From positions 1-24,000 of the forward strand of contig MAYW01000029.1 of the NCBI GenBank assembly GCA_001723765.1: 24,000 bases of DNA, written 5' to 3'. Each line of letters opens with the position of its first letter. Positions within the stretch are counted from its first letter, which is position 1. Shown here in pieces: positions 15,472 through 23,457 of this stretch. Source of the DNA: Candidatus Scalindua rubra. GTDB taxonomy: Bacteria; Planctomycetota; Brocadiia; Brocadiales; Scalinduaceae. The position numbers and the translations under genes are program-made. The notes beneath the pieces are model-generated. The model saw only the letters and a list, made by a program, of their open reading frames with translations. It searched no databases and was not told the origin of the DNA.

Positions 15472-16632
15472 ATGATGACAAAAAGGCTAAAAATAATTAC
15501 TAGTCTGGTTTATACCTTTATAATGTTAAGCTCGTTTAATCTATCATTTACGATTGGTAGTGATCAACCCGACCCATCATCACCTGCTCGCCTGAATGAC
15601 CCGTCCGATACGGCACGGGCGGGCGAAGTCGAGCAGGTACAAGAACCGGAAGGCGAATGGCTCCTGCCCGAAAGGCTTGGTCAGGCGGGTAGCCGGGAGG
15701 GCAAAGCCATCCTGGTGGGAATAACCAATACATCTGAATGTTTTTTTACAGATAATTTTTCAAAACATGGTTTCAAACCAGTGCCAGATGAGTGTCCATA
15801 CCTTGATAATAGTGGAAAATTATATGACAACTTCATGTATAGAGAATGGTGTGAAGAAACATTTGACAATGGAAAATATATATATGAGGCATACAAGGAT
15901 ATAGCTTTCAATATAAAATACACTCCAGAACCAGCTAAAACTGACATCTGGCAAACTCCATTTGAAACCATCAGGTCAAAGAAGGGTGATTGCGAGGATG
16001 CCGTCTTTCTTTTTTTCTCACATCTCCCCTCAAAACAAAAAAACGCTATGATTACATGGGGGTGGGTAAATGACAAAGGAAGCAGAGTTGCGAGGGCACA
16101 TGTATGGTATCAACTGATAGATAAGGGAGGACAACAATATATTGTAGAAGCCTTCTCTAAAGATTGGGATGGAATAATACCAATTGGAATTGTAGAAGAG
16201 ACTGAATCAAGAAGACCAATATTTACAATAACACACTCAGAAGTTTGTAGACTGGCCAGTCTAACCTCAAAACCAGATAGCTGGCATACATACCAATCAT
16301 TAATAGATTTATGTGAATCAGCAAATTTTATAGATTTTTATTCCAGGAACATAAACATCTCTCAGGGTATGGATACTCAAAACCATCTAGATTACGAGGT
16401 CATTGAATATCTGCTGAATACACAAAGTAAGCCCTTTGAAAATACGACGGCTCATAGATACCCCACCAGCCACAAAACTCCTCCAGTTATGGGCAAAGAA
16501 ATATCTAACATCCTTGAAAAACTTCATGGACTTTTTACTAGATGTGAGAGACAGAGAGAAAATTTTGGCTCAAACTTGCAAATTGGTACTTCGACGGCGC
16601 TCAGTATCAACCCTGAGCAAACCCGTCCTTGA
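15472..16632 (+). CDS. Secreted transglutaminase-like / BTLCP-like cysteine peptidase-fold protein
   Basis: There is an N-terminal signal-like sequence (MMTKRLKIITSLVYTFIMLSSFNLSFTIGS). The Cys motif WQTPFETIRSKKGDCEDAVFLFFSHL is followed by a His motif ARAHVWYQLIDKGGQQYIVEAF, which fits the Cys-His(-Asp/Glu) arrangement of transglutaminase-like peptidases. This is motif-level evidence only. Confidence 0.55.
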   Translation: MMTKRLKIITSLVYTFIMLSSFNLSFTIGSDQPDPSSPARLNDPSDTARAGEVEQVQEPEGEWLLPERLGQAGSREGKAILVGITNTSECFFTDNFSKHGFKPVPDECPYLDNSGKLYDNFMYREWCEETFDNGKYIYEAYKDIAFNIKYTPEPAKTDIWQTPFETIRSKKGDCEDAVFLFFSHLPSKQKNAMITWGWVNDKGSRVARAHVWYQLIDKGGQQYIVEAFSKDWDGIIPIGIVEETESRRPIFTITHSEVCRLASLTSKPDSWHTYQSLIDLCESANFIDFYSRNINISQGMDTQNHLDYEVIEYLLNTQSKPFENTTAHRYPTSHKTPPVMGKEISNILEKLHGLFTRCERQRENFGSNLQIGTSTALSINPEQTRP

Positions 16633-16717
16633 GGTCGGGGAAAGTCGAAGGGTTGATTATAGAGGTATAATGAATACCCACTCTAAAAGAAATCTAAATT
16701 GTAGACGATAAAGGAAA

Positions 16718-17072
16718 ATGGATATTATAAAAGTTTCTGACATTTTGAAGGCGACTAGTGGAAAGTTAATTCAAGGTAATTCGGAATTAAATATTACAGG
16801 GATATCAACAGATACAAGGTCTATAAAAAGTGGAGAAATATTCTTTGCTTTGGAAGGCAAAAATTATGATGGTTATGAGTTTGTTAAACAAGCCATATAT
16901 AAGGGCGCAGTTGGCGCGGTAATATCGAGTTGCAAAAGAGTTAAGTCTACATCGCTTAATGGTTCTCATAAAAGGCTCAAGAAAAATGAAACTTGAGTGT
17001 GTTTCACGCCAAATCGAGAATTGTTTTTCAAAGAAAAAAGAAACTAATACCGCACTGCTAAGTTTAGTCTGA
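16718..17072 (+). pseudogene. murF: murF remnant (UDP-MurNAc-tripeptide--D-Ala-D-Ala ligase): N-terminal domain fused out of frame to the extreme C-terminus; central ~1 kb missing
   Basis: 16718..about 16925 reads MDIIKVSDILKATSGKLIQGNSELNITGISTDTRSIKSGEIFFALEGKNYDGYEFVKQAIYKGAVGAVI (MurF N-domain). The +1 frame 16923..17072 reads YRVAKELSLHRLMVLIKGSRKMKLECVSRQIEN... (MurF C-terminal KGSRGMKLE motif). There is no P-loop or central domain. Confidence 0.8.
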
Positions 17073-17132
17073 AACTAAGAATACTATTAAATTCGTCTTT
17101 TTAGTGTCATTAAGCTGCTATGGAGAAAATAA

Positions 17133-18228
17133 TTGTTTTATAACTGGGTTTATCCACTTCACGACCATTTTCAAGGACTCGAAATAATAAGATACATATC
17201 ATTTAGAGCAGGCGTAGCAGCTATAACAGCTTTTTTTAATAAGCGTACTTATAGGAACAAAAATAACAAAAATACTAAAAAAATATAAAGTTTCAGAAGA
17301 TACTACTAAGACTGATTCTGAAACATTGAAAATTTTACACAAAGACAAAAAAGACGTGCCTACAATGGGCGGTATCATTATATTGATAGCGATTTTTATT
17401 TCCACCTTGCTCTGGTGTAACTTGTTTAACATATACGTCTTAATGGTATTGTTTACAACTATTTGGCTTGGCGCCCTGGGTTTTTTTGATGACTACATAA
17501 AATTGACACAAAAACATTCATCTGGTTTAACTAGCACATCAAAACTCCTCTTCCAATGCGGCCTGGGACTTATCCTGGGTTTGATGTTGTATTTTCATTT
17601 TAATGAAATTAATGACGGAACAAAACTTGTGATACCATTTTTCAAAGAAATCAGACCGGACCTGGGGGCATTTTATGTATTAATGGTTATGTTTTCCGTT
17701 GTAGGAATGTCCAATGCAGTCAACATTACTGATGGTCTTGATGGACTAGCAATTGGATGCACGGTGATAGCTGGTCTAGTCTTTACCTTGATAGCCTATA
17801 TCGTGGGACGTGTTGACTTTAGTAGCTACTTACAGGTTCCCTATATAGCAGGGACTGGTGAGCTAAGTATTTTATGCTCTGCGTTGGTAGGCGCTGGACT
17901 AGGTTTTATGTGGTTTAATTGTTTTCCCGCACAGACATTTATGGGAGATATAGGTTCATTGCCATTGGGGGGTATGCTTGGTCTTATAGCAATTATTGTG
18001 AAGCAAGAACTACTTCTTTTTTTTATAGGTAGCATATTCATTGTGGAAGCGCTCTCAGTGTTATTACAAGTTAGTGTATTCAAGATTTCTGGAAAGAGAG
18101 TGTTTATGTGCGCACCTCTTCACCACCATTTTCAATTTAAAGGCTGGCCAGAACCAAAAATTACAGTAAGGTTTTTAATAATTGCCGCAATAATGTCACT
18201 TTTTAGCCTGATAACTCTAAAATTATGA
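17133..18228 (+). CDS. mraY: Phospho-N-acetylmuramoyl-pentapeptide transferase MraY, frame broken at the T7 run 17231-17237 (track ORF 17326..18228 is the in-frame distal part)
   Basis: TTG 17133 follows GGAG at 17122-17125 and gives MFYNWVYPLHDHFQGLEIIRYISFRAGVAAITAFF (canonical MraY N-terminus, RYITFRA motif). The +1 frame continues LISVLIGTKITKILKKYKV...KKDVPTMGGIIIL...NAVNITDGLDGLA... Confidence 0.85.
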
Positions 18229-19448
18229 AGGTTTTAAAAAGCCAATTTGCAACTAATACAAACTGTAACATGGATATACAATCGAACTTAACCAGAGGTC
18301 TTAATCAGATCGAAATACGCAGTTTAGAACCAGCAAATGTCATTATGTATCTCATTACAACTTTACTCGTGATCGGGATAATTATGATATACAGCGTGAG
18401 TTCAATAAAAGTAGGTGAAGGTGTTAATTCAATGAACATTGCTTTTTTTAAGCATATATTGTGGATAATCCTTGCTTTAATAGGTATGTTAACCATGATG
18501 AGATTTGATTATCATAATTTACAAAAATATAGCATGGCAATTCTCATCATTGCTCTTGTCGGCCTGGTAGTTGTGCTCATTCCTGAAATAGGAACTGTAT
18601 CTAACGGCGCTCGAAGATGGATAAGGTTTGGAAGTTATTTTGGGTATCAGCCATCAGAATTCGCCAAACTTGCAATGATTATCTTTATGTCGAGTTATAT
18701 AGCGAAAAATCAGGAAAAGATGACAAACTTTACAAAGGGTTTTGTGGTTCCTGTTATATTAATTGGTGTTGTTTCCTTGCTTATTTTGAGAGAGCCTGAT
18801 TTTAGTACAGCCATGTTCATAACATTAATCTCATTTATGCTAATAATAGCTGGAGGAACCAGGATAATTTACGTAATCTTTACCATAATAGCATCGATTC
18901 CTCATATTTATGAAATTGTTTATAAAATTCCAACTTATCAAAAAAACAGAGTAGTAGCATTTCTTGATCCTTGGAAAGATCCTGAAGGAATTGGCTATCA
19001 AATCATACAATCATGGATTGCGCTTGGCTCAGGAGGATTAACAGGATTGGGACTGGGAGAAGGACGTCAGAAATTATTTTTTCTACCCGAAAGTAATAGT
19101 GACTTTATCTTTTCAATAATTGGAGAAGAGCTAGGATTTATAGGGACGACATGTATTGTCATTATGTTTGCCTTACTAGCATGGCAGGGGATGAGGATTT
19201 GTAAGTCAGCGCGTGATACATTCGGTTTTTTTCTTGCATTGGGCATAAGTGTTTCAATTGCCTTGCAATCAGCTATAAATATTGCCGTTGTCACTGGATC
19301 TATACCAACAACAGGCGTTCCATTACCATTTATAAGTACGGGAGGCTCATCACTATTTTTGTCGCTGCTGGGAATAGGAATACTTTTAAATATTGCGAAG
19401 CAATCAAAAAATAACACTATTTCAGTATTCGATACAGGAAAATATTAG
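18225..19448 (+). CDS. ftsW: SEDS-family peptidoglycan glycosyltransferase FtsW
   Basis: It is a multi-TM protein with QPSEFAKLA and LPESNSDFIFSIIGEELGF motifs. The start ATG overlaps the mraY stop (ATGA at 18225-18228). Confidence 0.85.
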   Translation: MKVLKSQFATNTNCNMDIQSNLTRGLNQIEIRSLEPANVIMYLITTLLVIGIIMIYSVSSIKVGEGVNSMNIAFFKHILWIILALIGMLTMMRFDYHNLQKYSMAILIIALVGLVVVLIPEIGTVSNGARRWIRFGSYFGYQPSEFAKLAMIIFMSSYIAKNQEKMTNFTKGFVVPVILIGVVSLLILREPDFSTAMFITLISFMLIIAGGTRIIYVIFTIIASIPHIYEIVYKIPTYQKNRVVAFLDPWKDPEGIGYQIIQSWIALGSGGLTGLGLGEGRQKLFFLPESNSDFIFSIIGEELGFIGTTCIVIMFALLAWQGMRICKSARDTFGFFLALGISVSIALQSAINIAVVTGSIPTTGVPLPFISTGGSSLFLSLLGIGILLNIAKQSKNNTISVFDTGKY

Positions 19449-19458
19449 GAGTTGTAAT

Positions 19459-20601
19459 TTGAAAGTTGTTTTTGCTGGTGGAGGCACTGGCGGGCATTTA
19501 ATGGCGGGTCTAAGTATAGCACAGGAAATATCATCTCGGTTTCCTGATACTGATATAGTTTTTTTTGGTACAAATAAGAAAAATGAATCAGGATTCATAG
19601 AAAAGAGCGGCTATGAGTTTAAACAAATTAAGGCATGTAAGTTAACATCTTTTATTCGTTTGCCGGTTTTTGTTTTTATCTCATTAATTGGGATAATACA
19701 TTCCATAATTAATATTATAAGAATTAAACCTGACATAATCGTCGGGTTAGGTGGCTATGGTTCAGTTTCACCTGTTATTGCAGCATATATTATAGGTGTG
19801 CCAATTGTTTTGATAGAACAAAATGTTATACCAGGAGGAGCTAATTTAATAATGGCAAGATGGGTAGATGCTATCCTGTGCCATTGGGAAGATACAACAA
19901 AAAGGTTTAAGAAAGCACATTCTATTAGTGTTACTGGTATACCGGTGCGTAAGAACGTTATAAAAAGTGAAATAGAGATTAATAATAATCCGTTTGGTTT
20001 AGCTTATCAAAAAAAGACATTGTTGATAATGGGTGGCAGTCAGGGTGCTCAAGCTATAAATAAAGTAATATTACAAAGTGTTCCAAAACTTAAAACTTTA
20101 ATTCCAGATTTGCAAATTATTCATTTTAGCGGAAAGCATGGATACAAAGAAATTAAAGCTACTTATGATAATATAGGAATAAAATCTTTTGTTTCTGAAT
20201 TTTTTGATGATATAGGCATTGCCTATGGATTATCAGATGTTGTTATTTGCCGGGCTGGGGCAAATACAGTTGCAGAAATTACTGCTGTAGGCATTCCAGC
20301 AATCTTTATACCTTATCCATATGCGACTGATAACCATCAGTACTGGAATGCTTATGAACTTGCCAGGATGGGAGGCGCCTTAATCATAAAGCAGGATGAG
20401 TTGAAGCCTGAAAAGATTGTAGAATTAGTATCAAATTTACTTACGAACGACGAAAAACTAAATAATATGAAGAAGATTAACAGCAGTTTGAGCAAGCCAT
20501 TCGCTGCTGCAAAAGTTGTGGAAAAAATATGTCAAATACTTGAGAAAAAAAAGACTAAAAATGAACCTTACTTCACAAAGTTATTATCAGGAAATAAGTA
20601 A
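19459..20601 (+). CDS. murG: UDP-N-acetylglucosamine--N-acetylmuramyl-(pentapeptide) pyrophosphoryl-undecaprenol GlcNAc transferase
   Basis: TTG 19459 follows AGGAG (19447-19451) and gives (M)KVVFAGGGTGGHL. GGSQGA is present and the C-terminal half is CRAGANTVAEITAVGIPAIFIPYP. The track ORF start at 19393 lies inside ftsW and is unlikely. Confidence 0.85.
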   Translation: MKVVFAGGGTGGHLMAGLSIAQEISSRFPDTDIVFFGTNKKNESGFIEKSGYEFKQIKACKLTSFIRLPVFVFISLIGIIHSIINIIRIKPDIIVGLGGYGSVSPVIAAYIIGVPIVLIEQNVIPGGANLIMARWVDAILCHWEDTTKRFKKAHSISVTGIPVRKNVIKSEIEINNNPFGLAYQKKTLLIMGGSQGAQAINKVILQSVPKLKTLIPDLQIIHFSGKHGYKEIKATYDNIGIKSFVSEFFDDIGIAYGLSDVVICRAGANTVAEITAVGIPAIFIPYPYATDNHQYWNAYELARMGGALIIKQDELKPEKIVELVSNLLTNDEKLNNMKKINSSLSKPFAAAKVVEKICQILEKKKTKNEPYFTKLLSGNK

Positions 20602-22195
20602 TCAACATTACCCTGACATTGTTAATTACGGCAAAAACTATGGGAAATACGTTTACTTTATTGGTATCGGTGGTGCAGGAATGGGTGCAATTGCTAAGAT
20701 TTTGATAGATGAAGGTTGTTTTGTATCTGGTTCCGATTTGGAATGCTCTCCCATTACTCATGATCTTGCAAAATTGGGTGCCAAGATTAACACGGAACAG
20801 GAAGGAAGGGGGCTTGATTCATATACAAACTTAGTAATAACTTCTGCTGCTATTAATGAAAACAATCCTGATCTTAGGAAGGCAAGAATGTTAGGACTAA
20901 AGGTCATTAAATATTCTGAGTTTTTAGGTTCTTTAATGAAAAATAAATGTGGCATTGCAGTAAGTGGTACACATGGTAAAACCACCACAAGTGCAATGAT
21001 TTCTACAATATTGAAAAAGACAGGTCATGAGCCAACATTCGTAATTGGTGGTAACGTTGCAGAAATTGGAGGTAATTCTTGTGTTGGAAAAGGAAGCTTT
21101 TTTATTGCTGAAGCATGTGAATATGATAGGACATTTTTGAATCTGTCACCTCAAATAGGAGTAATCACTAATATAGACGAAGATCATCTGGATTACTATA
21201 AAGATATTAATGGAATAACAGATGCTTTTACAGAGTTTATATCCTTGATTCCTGAAGATGGTTTACTTGTAATAAATAATGATGATACGAACATTAAGAA
21301 GGTTATAGAGAGTGCAAAATGCAGGATTGAAAGTTATTCAATTTTTATGACGTCTAACCTGCCCGACAAGCCAATTCCTATCCAAAAGACTCCGACCCGA
21401 CAAAACCATTTTGGTAAATGGTCAAATAGACAAGGGATACCTGTGTTATATAGATCCTCCTCACTTAGTGTAACTTCTGAACAGCTAATTGATGAGTCAG
21501 ATAATAAAATATATTGTGAATTGGATGCAAAATGGCTTGCTATTGTATATTATTTTGATAAGGAAATAACTCGTTTTAGTCTATTTAATGTGGGGGAGTA
21601 TTTTGATGACTTCTGTCTCAAGATACCGGGATTACATAATGTATCGAATGCGCTTGCAGCAATATCTGTTTGCAATTATATAGGCTTAAATAAAAAAGTT
21701 ATAAAAAAAGCATTAGCTTCATTTAATGGTGTAAACCGACGTTTTCAAACCATTAGTAGTAAAGATAGAATTACGATTATCGATGATTATGCCCACCATC
21801 CTACAGAAATTAGGACAGCATTGGAAACAGCAAAATCAATCTATCCTTCACAACGGCTTTGGTGTGTATTTCAACCGCATCAACATAATCGTACAAGACT
21901 TCTTCTAAAAAAATTTGCTATGGCACTCGCACTTGCTGATAAAGTAATCATCACTGATATTTATCCTGCAAGAGATTCAGATATAGAAAGGGCGTCTGTT
22001 AGTTCGTTAGATCTTATGTATGAATTGCTGGAAATCGGTGGTGATGTTGAATGCGTTAAAAGTATCTCTGAGATTGTAGATAGTTTACGTTTGAATGTAA
22101 AAACAGGTGATATTATTTTAACATTAGGCGCCGGTAACATATGGGAAGCGGCATACGGTTTAAAAAATTGCCTTGAAAGCGAATATGATTGGTAG
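20561..22195 (+). CDS. murC: UDP-N-acetylmuramate--L-alanine ligase with an in-frame insertion of about 60 aa
   Basis: MNLTSQ...FIGIGGAGMGAIAKIL, GTHGKTTTSAMI, IPGLHNVSNALAA and DDYAHHPTEI are MurC motifs. The likely start is ATG 20561; the track start 20516 lies deeper inside murG. Confidence 0.85.
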   Translation: MNLTSQSYYQEISNQHYPDIVNYGKNYGKYVYFIGIGGAGMGAIAKILIDEGCFVSGSDLECSPITHDLAKLGAKINTEQEGRGLDSYTNLVITSAAINENNPDLRKARMLGLKVIKYSEFLGSLMKNKCGIAVSGTHGKTTTSAMISTILKKTGHEPTFVIGGNVAEIGGNSCVGKGSFFIAEACEYDRTFLNLSPQIGVITNIDEDHLDYYKDINGITDAFTEFISLIPEDGLLVINNDDTNIKKVIESAKCRIESYSIFMTSNLPDKPIPIQKTPTRQNHFGKWSNRQGIPVLYRSSSLSVTSEQLIDESDNKIYCELDAKWLAIVYYFDKEITRFSLFNVGEYFDDFCLKIPGLHNVSNALAAISVCNYIGLNKKVIKKALASFNGVNRRFQTISSKDRITIIDDYAHHPTEIRTALETAKSIYPSQRLWCVFQPHQHNRTRLLLKKFAMALALADKVIITDIYPARDSDIERASVSSLDLMYELLEIGGDVECVKSISEIVDSLRLNVKTGDIILTLGAGNIWEAAYGLKNCLESEYDW

Positions 22196-23066
22196 TCAAG
22201 AAATTATTGATGAGATTTGCAGATATGATGTACCATTACAAAGATATACTTCTTTCAAGACAGGAGGTGCAGCAGAGATATTTGTGGAACCAAGGAATAC
22301 CTCAGAGTTAGAGAAAGTACTCCAGTTCTGTAAGGATGAACAGAAGAAGATATTCATTTTTGGAAATGGGACCAACATCCTCGTTAATGATAATGGTGTT
22401 AGAGGTATGGTAATTCGTTTAGGAGGAGTTAATTTTAAGAAGGTAAGCAGAATTGATAAATACGTGTCTTCTGGAGCAGGTGTGGACCTCTCTCAACTTA
22501 TTCGGAAGACAGCCTTATGGGGATTAGAAGGTTTAGAAGTATTGGTAGGAATTCCGGGTACTGTAGGTGGTGCAGTGATGATGAATGCTGGAGGGAAGCA
22601 CGGGAATATAAGCGAAACGATAAGTTCTATTACAACAATGACTTTTGATGGTAAGATCAAAGATTATAATCGTGAAGATGTTGAGTTTACATATCGTGGG
22701 TGTAATCTTGATAAACAAATAGTTATGAAAGTAGAGTTCATTCTTAAGGAATCAAGAAAAGAAGAAATTCTTGAAAGGATGGATAAAATCTATAAAGAAA
22801 AGAAAGAAAAACAACCGTTATCAACCTTCAGTGCAGGTTGCATATTTAAAAACACACATTACTTTAAAGCCGCAGAACTTATTGAAAAGGCAGATCTTAA
22901 AGGGAAGAAAGTAGGAGGCGCTATTGTTTCTAAAAAACATGCAAATTTTATAGTTAATACGGGAAATGCTACCAGTGCTGATATACTTGAACTCATAAGA
23001 ATAATCAAGGAAACTATTAAGAAAAAATACAATGTCTCATTAGAACAAGAAATACAAATATGGTAA
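22185..23066 (+). CDS. murB: UDP-N-acetylenolpyruvoylglucosamine reductase
   Basis: YTSFKTGGAAEIFVEP, GNGTNILV, IPGTVGGAVMMNAGG and SAGCIFKN are MurB motifs. The start is ATG 22185 or TTG 22173, overlapping the murC end. Confidence 0.85.
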   Translation: MIGSQEIIDEICRYDVPLQRYTSFKTGGAAEIFVEPRNTSELEKVLQFCKDEQKKIFIFGNGTNILVNDNGVRGMVIRLGGVNFKKVSRIDKYVSSGAGVDLSQLIRKTALWGLEGLEVLVGIPGTVGGAVMMNAGGKHGNISETISSITTMTFDGKIKDYNREDVEFTYRGCNLDKQIVMKVEFILKESRKEEILERMDKIYKEKKEKQPLSTFSAGCIFKNTHYFKAAELIEKADLKGKKVGGAIVSKKHANFIVNTGNATSADILELIRIIKETIKKKYNVSLEQEIQIW

Positions 23067-23299
23067 CAACTTGCGTTTTCCATTTTAATTGCTGAGAACG
23101 TACGTAATTTTGAACTATTACCTTTAGGGCTTTTTTCTTTTGATCATTTGGTATTGTAATTTGTTTGGGATTTGTTATTTGAGATTTGTAATTTATCAAA
23201 CTAAACTCCTGTTTGGTTCTGGCTTGTCCAGGTTAGGGTACGGTCTGTTATTCTCTGTGCACCTAAAAAATTAGGGAATTAACTCCATATTAAACGATA

Positions 23300-23409
23300 G
23301 TGATCCCTTGGGTCACTACCTGTCTGCGTGCGAACACGCACAGGCAGGCAAACTATGAAAATTGGATTCCTTGCGAAAGCAAGGCTACAGAGCCTCCCTC
23401 TCGGGAGGA
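23300..23409. repeat. GC-rich hairpin module cluster, copy B (inverted relative to 4750-4950)
   Basis: Hairpins lie at 23300-23316, 23319-23348, 23369-23384 (CCTTGC-GAAA-GCAAGG) and 23393-23408. The 30-nt hairpin equals the reverse complement of 4750-4779 except for its 2-nt loop centre. Confidence 0.75.
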
Positions 23410-23457
23410 TTCCAGGAATCTATTTTCATAGCAAAATAAAGGAGAATTCCACACCTT

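Noticed and set aside
16436-16711. The 91-aa ORF overlapping the 3' end of the transglutaminase-like gene
   Set aside because: It is an alternative frame of a longer, better-supported ORF and runs through the GC-rich hairpin block. It has no independent start signal.
21344-21523. The MurC insertion considered as a mini-intein
   Set aside because: At about 60 aa it is far too short. It lacks an N-terminal Cys/Ser splice residue in the proper context and a C-terminal HN + Cys/Ser/Thr.
23130-23200. An ATTTGT/CAAAT-rich low-complexity stretch after murB, and the 60-aa minus-strand ORF 23017..23199
   Set aside because: It is an irregular simple-sequence pattern without clear periodicity. The ORF overlaps the murB 3' end antisense and has a low-complexity translation (…QITNPKQITIPN…).
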